Part shown: piece after piece, positions 38,213 to 49,642 of the stretch
Position numbering within the stretch: position 1 is the first letter of the stretch
How the letters are laid out: every line of letters begins with the position of its first letter
Assembly (NCBI GenBank): GCA_002104905.1
Contig: MCFE01000103.1
Location: 62,001 to 126,000, forward strand
From: Basidiobolus meristosporus CBS 931.73
Taxonomy: Eukaryota > Fungi > Basidiobolomycota
DNA: 64,000 nucleotides
Direction of reading: 5' to 3'
The notes under the pieces: model-generated
The model's input: only the letters and a program-made list of their open reading frames with translations
Databases searched by the model: none
Told to the model about the DNA's origin: nothing
Translations under genes and position numbers: made by a program

Positions 38213-38929
38213 AGATGATGCAATCGTTTTGAATTGCTCACATTTGTAATGATCCTGACAACCCTTTTTTTTTGCAATCCAAATCAAGCCATCGCAAATC
38301 AGTGATCATCAAATATTTGATATAGGTAATATCAAGGTTGTCTTACATTTGAGACAGAACCCCTATAAATAAACAACCTGCATATACATACGTCATCTGT
38401 AATACCAGTGCAGCTATTGGATCTGTTTTGCACCTATATGATTGCTTGCATGCTGGCTATGACACCTTGTCCAATCACTAGGATCAGGGATTTACTTGCT
38501 CAATGAGCAAAATGGGATATTTGATGGCAAATCAGGTAGCTTTTTTAGTAGTCAATGAGCCAATTGGGGGCTGCCAGCTTCAGGATACTTTTGGACCAAT
38601 AACCACTGAGATACCGTCCAATTGGAGTGAGGGTAACCAAAATGGTAAGTATTAGTGTAGTTTATAGTGTGATACACATTTATTTCCATTTACATTAAAG
38701 AAACATATCCAAATACTGGATTTTACCTGCCATAATGGCGGTATCTGATTGCACACGTGATGCAAACATTACAAGTTGGCGCAATCATCCGTTCCACCCT
38801 CATCGTGTCAGATTGTGCCATAGTGTACGAGATTGTCCCGCATAGTGCAAAATCGTCCAAGAACAATCCTTCCTTCTGGTAGCTATAATATTGCGCCCAA
38901 TTGTTCTTTACAACCACGGATTGCACCGC

Positions 38930-39733
38930 TGTGGTGGTGTAGAGGCACTCCTGGGAGAAGCTACACAACCCAAGGTGTGTGAGGCGTCTGATGGGTGCAA
39001 TAACCTCTGTGTCTAAACTGCTGGTGTCTTTGTCAATATGTCACTATGGTAAAAGCTCCTGCTTCTCTAGCTTCCTAGGTGCTCCAAGTGTCTCCAAAGG
39101 CCTCTGTGTGTCTTGTGCACTACCCTGAAAAGCTCCTTGATGGCAGGTCTGAGATGTACTGTTGAAGGCAGGTGCAGTGATCAACTGCTAATCAATAAGG
39201 TAGAAGTGTTACTGATAGAAGGGATGATTTATTGATGAGGGATTGCTTTCCCTTAAATACTTTTCCTGATTGCCAAGTGATTACTAATGACAAGGTTCTA
39301 GAAGATTCTAGGTATCAGTGGAATTCTTGATGACATCACTATGAGCTAAAAATATGCCAAGAATGTCCTGGAAGGTTCTAAAAGGCACAGCACTCTCAAC
39401 CAATCAGGAATCAGTAGTCTGAAACCTGTGCAACATAGAAATACCATATATGGTATTGAAATGGTAGAGATGGTAACACAGACCTAGGTCATGTGTCACA
39501 GGTACTGACGCGGGTACTTGCCTTATATAGATACATCTAGTGATCACAAAGCTGAATAACATCTGGGATAACTAATGCTAATAACTAATCAGGGTAAACA
39601 TCATATGGGGATAATACTGATAATATGGGCAAAAGAAGAATGGGATAATACTGATAAGATAAAATATGGATAAGTATATCATAATGACTATATGAATAAA
39701 CTTGTCTGTGGGAGGTATGTTTACCCTACCACA
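38930..39733 (-). repeat. Solo LTR of family Y (804 bp)
   Basis: Minus-strand TGTGGT...ACCACA termini, 4-bp TSD CCGC/CTGC (38926-38929 and 39734-39737), TATA and AATAAA on the minus strand. Homologous to 49643-50713. Confidence 0.85.
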
Positions 39734-39770
39734 CTGCACGCCCTGGCAAGGTACAATGGAACAAGTCTAT

Positions 39771-42700
39771 TGGATATGTTTGCACTTGATTGATACTGAG
39801 TGCAGTACTGTGTAGCTTTGCAATATTTGTTGGACTACATCAGCTTCCTCAGATGGGGTATGATCATATATCCAGAGTGTAAACAATGCTTTCCCTCAAT
39901 GGTGGTGGATTCCTGACAGTTTGGAAACATTGCTATGGTAGCAGTTTTGGATGTGAATGCCATGCAACTGTTAACACATGCTGGAATCAGGACAGTCTCT
40001 GGATCATATGTTGCCCGCTGCATGATGGTTGTCCACTTGTACCATGTACATGGTAAGTTGCATCCCAGTGTGATTTTGGTAAGAAGTAGTAATAAATCCT
40101 TAACACCCCCATTACTGAAATTAGTGGAAATGTAGCACTTCTCTAGCCACAACATTACATCATTCACTAGTACATGGATTATGGGGCTCACCTGGCTCCA
40201 TAAGGTATCCTTGGCATTTGTTTCAATGGGTGTTGTCTCATTGCATATAGGGATTTGGCCAGGCTCATCTGTGGTACTGTTGTTAGGGGAGACAGGCTCA
40301 AAATCCATCAGTGAGCCTTCTTTGTCAGAGCTATCACTCTGCATGCAATATTTAGAAGACTGAGGTGAGCCTCAAGGTGTCAAAAACTCACCTGGATCAG
40401 CTGGAGCAAGGTGACAGAGATGGCCAGGTGCTGATATAGAGTATCAACTGGCTGGCAAGATAATACTGGCCCAGTAGTGACCAATGAATGGATAAATATG
40501 ACTTGTGTGGCAAAACATTGGCTGTGATGCTTGTAATACTTCCTATGCTCTCTGCATGCTTCATGGCTGAGCAGCTTGCTACAATAGCCACATGGTCTTT
40601 TTCTCTTCTCTTACAGTGTTGAGTCAAAGTAGTCTTGTCCATGGGGCAAACAGTTTGACCTTCAACAACATAACACTATTAGATACTTTTTGGTCAATAC
40701 TCATGTGAATTTAAGACAGTCTTGTATTTGAGACATTGCACCTACACAAATGTAAGATTCAATGATGACCTGCCATAGTAAGCATTATAAATAAAGTTGT
40801 AGCACCATATACGTACATATATGTAGCACTATTTCCCCTTTGGTTTGACTTACTTCAATATATATACCACCAAAAAATAAAACAAAGTTTTCTGGTTCCC
40901 AACTAAACCCCACTGCTGATGGCAACAGCAGAGCAGTTGGACAACACCTTGCTTTGACATTCAGTGTAACAAGCAGGGCTACATCCAAAGAAGGCCCTGT
41001 GGACAGTGTGCCCATTGAAGGTAATAATGCAAACTCCTCAGGCTCTCAGTCAAGTAGGCAATTGAGAACCTCTGCAGAGCCACAAGCTGACTGCTGTGCT
41101 CAGGCAGATGAGAATGTTGCAAACACAGTACCGTCAGTTGAAGACCAGCAGGTAGGCATCATAACATCACCACCACCTATATTAGCAAGTATGTTGTCAG
41201 CTCATACCAAAGCATTAATGAAGCAATTGGGTGCAGTGGCTGATAGGACAGATGCAATAGCCCAGAGATATCAGGAAATAGTTCAGAAACAGGATGAGTG
41301 GATAATAAGTGTAGAGTAATCAATATTCTAGGTAGAGAAAGCAGTATCTTTGCTGCAAAGAAGGAACTCAAGTAGCGCAATGTCACAGCCAATAATTGAG
41401 CCATTTCCCTATGTAACAGCAGAGGAACACTGTACAGTCTTTGAAGCACAACAACAGTGCCCAAAGATAAACCCCACAGAAAACCAATCACAGCATGGGA
41501 GGAAGACAATGTGGTGTTTATACCAAAGCCTAAAAATCAAAAGACATTGAAGATCTGTGCAGCCATGGAGTGCAATAATGAAGAGTGGGCTAACATTCAA
41601 GAAGCCGTCAGGAGTCTAGCATGCCATCACCTTAAGGCCAGCATGCCATGGGACCATCAGGAACTCAAGGCCAAGCAGAATGCACCTGGCTTGTTCCATG
41701 AACATGACTTGTTTTCAACAATCTCTGGATGATGTACTGATGGGATCAGTACCTCTTAGTCACAGGACTTTGATTTTGCAATGGCCTTTTGACAGGATCA
41801 TTACAATAATTTTTCATAGGGCATCCCCTTAAGGCAGCATACCTTGGGACTATCAGGAGCTCAAGGCCAAACAGAATGCACTTGAATTGTTCCATGAGCA
41901 TAATCCTGGACTCAGACAGGCAAATGGATTTTGGGCCAGCATTGGTATGCTCAGTAAGTATCTTAAGAATAGCAGAAACTATCAAAGGCAGAAGAACAAG
42001 GGAGCCATGGCTAAAAACCAGCGGCTTCCTCAAGAGTGCATAACAAGCAGTGCCAAAAGCTCCAGACAAGTGTCAAAGAGATGTCAGTTAGCTGGAAGAG
42101 TGCCAATCAGGGACAAGCAGGCAGCTATGGATGCACCAGCACATCATTAATCAAGGAAGAAGTAAAGTGCCACTCAAGAAGCCCCCAGTCAAAGTAGCAG
42201 TGAAGGACCTGGCAGCGATAAAAACCAGCAACTTTTACAGGAGCCCATCACAACTACGGTTGAGAGCTCAAAACAAGCAGAAAAGAAATGTCAAGTTGCC
42301 AGAAGAGTGCCAGCACAGGACAAGCAAGCCACACAGATGCATCAGAGCAGAATATATCAAGGAGAAAAGATAGTTCATTACAGGAAGCACTCAGACAAAG
42401 TAGCAGTGAAAAACCTGGCAGTGATAAAGGACAAGGTAAAGGGAAAAATGTCTACCAAAGCCTGAGACAGGGAGGCATGCAAATAAACTGCAGTTCATGC
42501 CAATTAACACTGCAAGCCCAGAGCAGACTGACTCCCTCCATAGCCAAGAAGAATTACCAACAAGAAAACAGCTGTTTTCACAAGAGTTGGAATTGCCACC
42601 ATTTGAGCTACACTCCAGTGAGGTAGATGAGTTTGCAGAAGCAGGCAATTTGTCTACCACAGTCTCCACATCCTCTATTGTTGACAGAGTGGAGATTCCA

Positions 42701-43450
42701 CTGACAGATAAGGCTACAATGTTAAGAACTCAATTGACTATGACAATGCCTTCAGTGGAATTTTGGAACATTAATAGGTACACCAAGAGGTTGCTGCACT
42801 TCTTCATGAGCAGTACTCAAGAAAATGCACTAAAATGTTGCAAGGATTTATTGCAAAGATTGGCAGATGCGGTGCTAGACCTTGCAGTGGTGGCTGAAGA
42901 CCAGGATGTGTGGGAACTAGTGAATGAACAGTGGTATAAGCCATTGGGTTCCTGCAAAAGTTGTGGAACCAGAGTATTAAAGCAGAAATACTTACTGAGT
43001 GGTGGATTTTAATGAAGTTACTTGTTGAGTGAGGGGTTGTGCTTAATGTTAGTGTAGGGTATAGGGACTTGCATAGGTCAATACAACTGGCAATTGAGGT
43101 ACAACTGAAGCTTCAATGGAAATAAATCAACTTGCACACATGAAAAGTAAGAAAAACAGTTAAGTCAGGAAGTAATGCGTGTGAAAACAAGGCAATAGCA
43201 ATCAATGCACACAAATATAGGAGGTGATAGAGTGTCCAGGATCAGAGGTGAGCATATTGGCAGGGAACCAATCAAAAGCCACTTACACATTGTTGTGATG
43301 AAAAGTTTTGACTAAGTTTTTTGTGATGTCTGGGGTGCAATTATTTTCAATAGTTTCTGGATGATGTCCTGATGGGATCAGTGCCTCTTAGTCACAAGAC
43401 TTTAACTTTATGATGGCCTTTTGACAGGATCAATACAATAACTGTTCATA
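39771..43450. mobile_element. Family X copy E: transposase N-terminus (-, about 39771-40630) and ORF1 (+, about 40900-43012)
   Basis: ORF 39835..40344 matches 32510-33060. ORFs 40954..41319, 41457..41732, 41887..42150 and 42497..43012 give the best ORF1 reconstruction. Confidence 0.78.
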
Positions 43451-43479
43451 GGGATAATTTAAGTTAAATTATCAATTCT

Positions 43480-44026
43480 GAACTCTAGGGCTGATACAAG
43501 GCCCTAAGCCTGTCTATCATGCTATTCAGGATGGTTATTGGCACATCCTCATCAGTAGTTGGTATATCTGCAGATTCCACATCATCTACTAACCGGGTAA
43601 TCCTGTTGAGTAGCTTTTTCATTTCTTCTCCTTGCAGCATCTTTGTGGCAAAGAATATTGGGCATGAAACATCTTCTGATCAGCTGAACATGGCTGGTAT
43701 ATGTCTTCTAGTGCCCTCCAGGCATTCTTTGCCATTTTTGCTCTTGAACATAGAATTAGCAATTTGTCTTTAACACTAAAGCAAAGGCAGTTAAAGACAC
43801 TATGTGCTTTCTTCAAATACTTTAAGGTCTCCTCTTCCATGCTTTTAGGAGGGCATTCTTTTCCCATGATAATATTCTAAGGCCTTTTTTTGTAGCTGCA
43901 TCTTCATCTGCACCTTCCACACTTGGTAGTTAGATTCATCCAGCTTTTCAGCAGAGGGAGAAATTCCAGTAATAGCAGCAGTTGACATTGCAGTGAGTGA
44001 CAGCTTGGGGCTCCTAACCTGTTACA
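43480..44026 (-). pseudogene. Copia gag remnant with LTR end and PBS
   Basis: ORF 43619..43867 (LCFSVKDKLL...AKNAWRALEDIY) is gag-like. Minus-strand TGTAACA is followed by GGTTAGGAGCCCC, similar to the C1 PBS. Confidence 0.6.
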
Positions 44027-44329
44027 AGAGTGTTGGAGATATTAGAAGTGACTGGGAGAATAAGTGGATTATGTGGCTCTTACTCAATGATTTATTGAAT
44101 GTAAAAGTGGTATTTGTACTTTACATGGTCATGGCATAACAAACATGTCAAATAGGCTTAGAAAGGTCCCAAGAAGATGTGTGCAAAGTTTGTAGCTGCT
44201 TGGATAACTTTGAGAGTTTATATGTTGTGGGTACCAGATGTATTGGTGAAAATACAGCAATTAAATCCCAACAAGGGATTTGGTAAGTATTCTCTAAGAT
44301 TTGTAGATAATAATCTAAGTGACTATGTC

Positions 44330-45303
44330 AGGTGAATATTTTGGTGGAATTACAAATTTTACAACAGCAAGTACTACCATATATCAATCTCATCAAGAAC
44401 ATTACCTTCAAGTCCATCATGGCTAAGATGAGCTGACACATGGAGGACAGCCATGACAAGTTAGAAATACTGAGGACAGATGTACACATAGAGACACCTA
44501 TGCTGTTGGCATTAAGAAGCTAAGCTCTCCCAGTGCATGAGTTATCAGCTAAGTAATATAAGGTTGGGTTGGACACAACAAGCAACTAATTCTTATTACA
44601 AGAACTTTATCAAAGTATGCCAGGTTTCTCCTGGTTACAAGCCAGTTTCTACACCATAAGATACAGACTCTTGGTCACAAGCCAATTTCTAAACCAAGCA
44701 ATACAGAATTCACACAAACAAGACCCACAGCATGCCTATAAGTGGGACTAGAATTTGGCAGGGAGAAGGATTACATTGGACAAGTACCAAAAAGTTCTCT
44801 GTAAATATTCAGTTGGAATTTGTATTAAAGTGGCAACAACACCATATATTTGCAAGATGCATTTGTTACCAGCAATACAAGGTATAATGCAGCTTTGCAA
44901 GTATCACACTGAAAAGCCACTAAGGCAAGGTGCTAGAAGTGTATTGATTGCAGCAGGTATGTGTGAACATAGAGGTTAGTAAGTAGAAGGCCATACTTTT
45001 TTCTATTTAAACTATCTGAGGAGTAACCATGGTAATAGTGGGTAAGCAAATAAAGAGGGGTGACTCCAAAGTGGAATATATGATGGTTTAAGGGGAGGTA
45101 AAAAAAGGAAATACCATTTGTTAAATTGGAACAGTAGTGTTTTACAGAAAAAGCTGTAGGCTGCTGTACTGCCATCATACTGCTAACAGAGGGCCACAAG
45201 AAGGCACTCAAAACACTGTCAAGTTTTTTGCCATACAAGACAGTTGGAAGTATTGGCCAGTTAGGTCTGCTCAGATAAATGCAGACTGCAATAAGACCAT
45301 CAA
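44330..45303 (+). pseudogene. Family X transposase C-terminal fragment (target of the chromovirus; resumes at 52255-52450)
   Basis: Homologous to 34260-34560 and to 28590-29130 on the minus strand. Homology to 3300-3740 runs across the insertion site. Confidence 0.7.
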
Positions 45304-45831
45304 TGTTATGAATAGACACAAGGCAGGAGAGTAGGGCTAGGCAAGGCAGGACCAGGAAAGGACTTAGGTGTGGATCAACAAGGCAAGGTGGATTTCCAAG
45401 GCAAGGCTGTTTATTCAAGACATGTGTTTATCAGACTGAGGAATACTTAAGGGGGGATAGAACTATATATACTTTTTGGCTATACTAATGCCAAGAGATA
45501 TTAGCAAATACTATTGGGGTTGTGGGGTGAGGCACAGCAGCAGTGCTGGGGATAATAATATAGAAGGCAAGGCATTCAGACAGGATGGGAAATGGATTGG
45601 GCCACCTGATCATGTGACTAAGTCATGTAACCTGGTATTTCCATATATGGTACTGGACTACAAAAAATACAATGGGAAGCTTCCATGGAATGTTTTGTTG
45701 TGTAACAATGGTTTGGAATGGTCAGGAACTTTCTGGATGGTGGTAGAAGGTTCCAGAAGGAATCTTTTAGAAATTGAGCTAGGAAACTGAAACTTGGCAT
45801 GGGTGCTCATGGTTGTCATGTGATCATGACA

Positions 45832-48261
45832 CTATTCTCCTCTTCCAGGCAAAGCTCTGTTTCCCTTTGGGGCAGGATGTGCAGGATATTGCTGGTGGAA
45901 CTGGGTAACTAGTTCTTGACAATTAGTGAGATAGGTAGCTGGTTCCCATGTTTGGTCACTTGGACCATAACCAATCCAGTCTACTAAGTAGTACAGCTTT
46001 GACCGGATATACTTGGAGATTAGAATCTGTTTAACTTCAAATTCTTGATGTTGGTCAACCTGGATGGCTTGGGGCTTTGCTTCTTGCCGGTTTGTCAAGG
46101 TGTTCCTACAATACTGCTCCAGGAGGGACACATGGAAAGTATCATGGATTTTCATACTTGCTGGTAACTGTAGCTGATGTATTATAGGGCTAAGCTTCTT
46201 CTTGACCTTGAAGGGACCAAGTTTCTTGAAATCCAATTTGTCACAAGGGCAGTTGGTGCTGATGTTTCTTCTGAGCAACCATACAGAATCTCCTTCATTA
46301 AGATCAGGGCTGGGATTGCATTTTAGATTGGCAAATTTCTTGTAGCTTTCCTGAGCTAAGGAGAGCTCTTCCTTGAGGGTATTCTGGATGTCCTGGATTG
46401 CTTGGGCATGTTCAGCTGCATGTGGGCTCATTGGGTTTGTTGGAATCTGGATATCAAACTGAGGGTGGAATCCATAGTTTGCATAGAATGGTGTAAAACC
46501 AGTTGCACTATGGCCTGAGTTGATGTAGGCAAACTCAGCAACAGGGAGTAGATCTACCCAATTTTCTTGCTGGTAATTGATATAGGACTGGAGGTATTGC
46601 TCTGGAATCTGGTTGATTCTCTCAGTCTGGCCATCAGATTGAGGATGGAAGGCAGTGGAGAGTTTGACTTGAACACCAAGGTATTGCATGAAGTGTTTCC
46701 AAGACTTGAACACAAACTGTGAGCCTCTATCTGACACAACATCACTGGGGACACCATGAAGGTGGAAAATATTCTTGAGGACTAACACAGCGGTTTCTTT
46801 TGCATCAGTGTTCTTACAGCAAGGGACAAAGTGGGCCATCTTGGTCAGCCAGTCAGCCACTACAAGTATAGCATTGAAGCTGCAGGACTCAGGGAGATCT
46901 GTAATGAAGTCCATAGATGTAGATCTCCATTGGTGTTCTGGGATAGGCAAGGGCTCAAGAAGTCCATAGGGCTGGTGTCTGGCTGGTTTTGCACAGTTGC
47001 AAATATCACAAGTCAGAATGTACTCTTTGATAAGAGTTATCATTCTAGGCCACCAGAAATCTCTGTTGATAGCATTCAAGGTTTTGGCAGTACCAAAGTG
47101 GCCTGCAGCCATTGAATCATACCAAGACTTAATGATGTCTAGCTGGGTGGCAAGGTCTGGGACATAGAGCTGCTGCTTGTGGTAGATGAGGTTGTTTACC
47201 AAATGCAGGTTCTGGATGCTTGGGAACTTGGGAGGGGGCCCAACTGGGGATTCCAGATATTTCTTGACAGTACTGGAAGTCATGTCAGAGGCTTGGGACT
47301 CTGATATCCTTACTAGGAATGAAGGGGTGGCAAGAATCTCAAAATGTTTCCTGCTCAGCAATGGGTGTTCCATTTGCCAACAGGCATCATCTCCCTCTTC
47401 CAGGGCATATTCCTTTTTTCTGGACAGGGCATCAGGCTTTCCTTGCTTTGCACCAGGTCTATAGGTGATAGTAAAGTCAAAGCTGGACAGGAAGACTGAC
47501 CATCTGGCTTGTCTCTGGCTTAGTACTTTGGACGTTGCAAAGTACTTGAGGTTCTTATGGTCACAGAAGATCTTGATTTTGTGTTTTGCACTGTCCAGGT
47601 AGTGTCTCCATTGCTCAAAGGCTACAATGATGGCAAGCAACTCCTTATCATAGATATCATAGTTGATCTCTGCAGGGGAAAACTTCTGATAGTAGAATGC
47701 AATGGGGTGCAACACATTGTCTTCATCACACTGGGAGAGTATGGCACCAAGGGCAAAATCAGAAGCATCAGTCTCCACTGTGAATTGCTTCTCAAGGTCA
47801 GGGTGGGCAAGCAGGGGGGCCTTCAGGAAAGATTTCTTGAGTTGGTTGAATGAGGTGGATTGCTCCTCATTCCAGGCAAAAGGTGTGCTCTTCAGGGTAA
47901 GCTTTGTCAGAGCGGTTACTATCTTGGAGTAGTTGGCTATGAACCTGCGATAGAAGTTGGCAAATCCCAGGAAGGATTGTACTTCCTTAACTGAGCTTGG
48001 AGTTTTCCAGGATTGGACTGAGTCAACTTTCTTTGGGTCCATTCTTGTTCCCTCAGGGCTGATGAGGTAACCAAGATATTCCACTTCTCTCTGGTCAAAC
48101 TCACACTTCTCTAGCTTGGCATAGAGACCAGCAGAGTCTAGTTTTCTCAATACTCTCTTGACATGTTCATCATGTTCATCTTGGCTCTTGAAGTGTATGA
48201 GAATATCATCAAGGTAGATTACCACAAACTGGTCAAGGTACTCACAGAATATGTCATTCAT
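45832..48261 (-). CDS. G2 pol fragment, 809 aa: RT (YLDD), RNase H (TDASDFALGA), integrase, chromodomain
   Basis: The C-terminal FEVKQIL......YYLVDWIGYGPSDQTWEP is a chromodomain. Upstream pol (48268-49250) is broken by stops and frameshifts. Confidence 0.9.
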   Translation of the reverse strand: MNDIFCEYLDQFVVIYLDDILIHFKSQDEHDEHVKRVLRKLDSAGLYAKLEKCEFDQREVEYLGYLISPEGTRMDPKKVDSVQSWKTPSSVKEVQSFLGFANFYRRFIANYSKIVTALTKLTLKSTPFAWNEEQSTSFNQLKKSFLKAPLLAHPDLEKQFTVETDASDFALGAILSQCDEDNVLHPIAFYYQKFSPAEINYDIYDKELLAIIVAFEQWRHYLDSAKHKIKIFCDHKNLKYFATSKVLSQRQARWSVFLSSFDFTITYRPGAKQGKPDALSRKKEYALEEGDDACWQMEHPLLSRKHFEILATPSFLVRISESQASDMTSSTVKKYLESPVGPPPKFPSIQNLHLVNNLIYHKQQLYVPDLATQLDIIKSWYDSMAAGHFGTAKTLNAINRDFWWPRMITLIKEYILTCDICNCAKPARHQPYGLLEPLPIPEHQWRSTSMDFITDLPESCSFNAILVVADWLTKMAHFVPCCKNTDAKETAVLVLKNIFHLHGVPSDVVSDRGSQFVFKSWKHFMQYLGVQVKLSTAFHPQSDGQTERINQIPEQYLQSYINYQQENWVDLLPVAEFAYINSGHSATGFTPFYANYGFHPQFDIQIPTNPMSPHAAEHAQAIQDIQNTLKEELSLAQESYKKFANLKCNPSPDLNEGDSVWLLRRNISTNCPCDKLDFKKLGPFKVKKKLSPIIHQLQLPASMKIHDTFHVSLLEQYCRNTLTNRQEAKPQAIQVDQHQEFEVKQILISKYIRSKLYYLVDWIGYGPSDQTWEPATYLTNCQELVTQFHQQYPAHPAPKGNRALPGRGE

Positions 48262-49642
48262 GAGGTGTTAAAACACAGTAGGGGCATTGGTGAGGGCAAA
48301 TGGCATTACTTTGTACTTGAAGAGACCATATCTTGTGCAAAAGGCAGTTTTCCATTCATCACCAGGCTTGATTCTGACAAAATTGTAAGCCCCTCTCAAG
48401 TCAATCTTGGTGAAGACTTGGGCAGCAGATAGCTGATCCAACAGTGTGTTGATCAGGGGCAGGGGGTAGCAGTTCTTGACTGTGATCTTATTCAAAGCAT
48501 GGTAGTCCACTCACATTCTGAGGGTGCCATCCTTCTTCTTGACAAAGAGGATTGGGGCCCCAGCAGGTAGTTTGGAATGCGGAATAAAACCCTTCTGGAG
48601 GTTTTCTTGAATATAACCATGGAGTTCTTTCAACTCTGGCTGGGAGAGGTTATATATTGAGCCAAATGGAGGGACTTTTCCATCTTCAAGGTCAATAGGG
48701 CAGTCATAAGGCCAATGGTCAGGGAGGAGTTCTGCATTCTTCTTGTCAAACACATGGGCAAACTCTTGGTACTTGGCTGGTATATTTGCTGAGGGGGCTC
48801 CTTCAGCTGGCAAGGTATCTTGGGCTGTTGAACTGTTGGCAACAGTCTTTTCATGGTTATCAGGGTCTGGAGATTTCATGGAGTTGATTTGGTGGGATCT
48901 GGTGAATGACAGGATCCTGGATTTCCAGTCAATACTTGGATTGTGGTGCTCTGCCATGAGCTTCCAAGCACAATAGAATAGTGTGGTGAGTTGATGATGT
49001 TGAAGGCAATTCTTTCTTGGTGAGCAGTACTGGACAGCTGGAGTAAGCATGTTTTATGGGTAACGGCATCAGAGGAGAGTGATCTTCCATCAATAACATC
49101 TACTTGGACTGGGCTGGATTTCAAGGTAACAGGAATAGAGTGCTTCTGGACAAAGGCTTGGTCAATGAAACAGGATGAAGCACCGGAATCAATCAGGGCT
49201 AGGACTGGAACAGGACTGGAGTCAGGGATCTGGATTTTGACAGGCATTCTCAGGGACTGGATAGATTTTGTGGCAAAGGAAGATTCTTAGATATGCTGGA
49301 TTTTCATGGGTGGGTCCAGTGGCCAGCCTGTCAATGCAACTGGACATTGGAGTTTCCCAACAGATCTGAATCAGGTTGATTACTTGAGGACTGCATCAGC
49401 TTGAAGCTGGACTTCTTTTTGGGCAGGACTTGGCAAAGTGACCTGGTTGGCCACAGTATAGACAGAGGTTGGCTTGTTGATGTCGGGACTTTTCACTCTC
49501 TGATAGTTTCTTGTATTTGGCACTATCAATCTGCATAGGATCTTCTGGAGTGACTTGGGGAGCTGAAGGGGCTGGGACTGCAACAGGAATGTGTCTTTGA
49601 CGGTTCTTTTGCTTCTTCTAGAATAGTCTGTTATCACACTAG

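Larger units (their letters stand above)
34811..39768. mobile_element. ISL2EU/IS5-like (PHIS group) DNA transposon with two divergent ORFs
   Basis: Termini AGACTTGTTC (34811-34820) and GAACAAGTCT (39759-39768), each flanked by AT. Subterminal ATAGTGC/TTGTGCC motifs at 34828-34900 and 38810-38850. Contains a DDE_Tnp_4-like transposase and a divergent ORF2. The outer flanks belong to different X copies. Confidence 0.6.
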
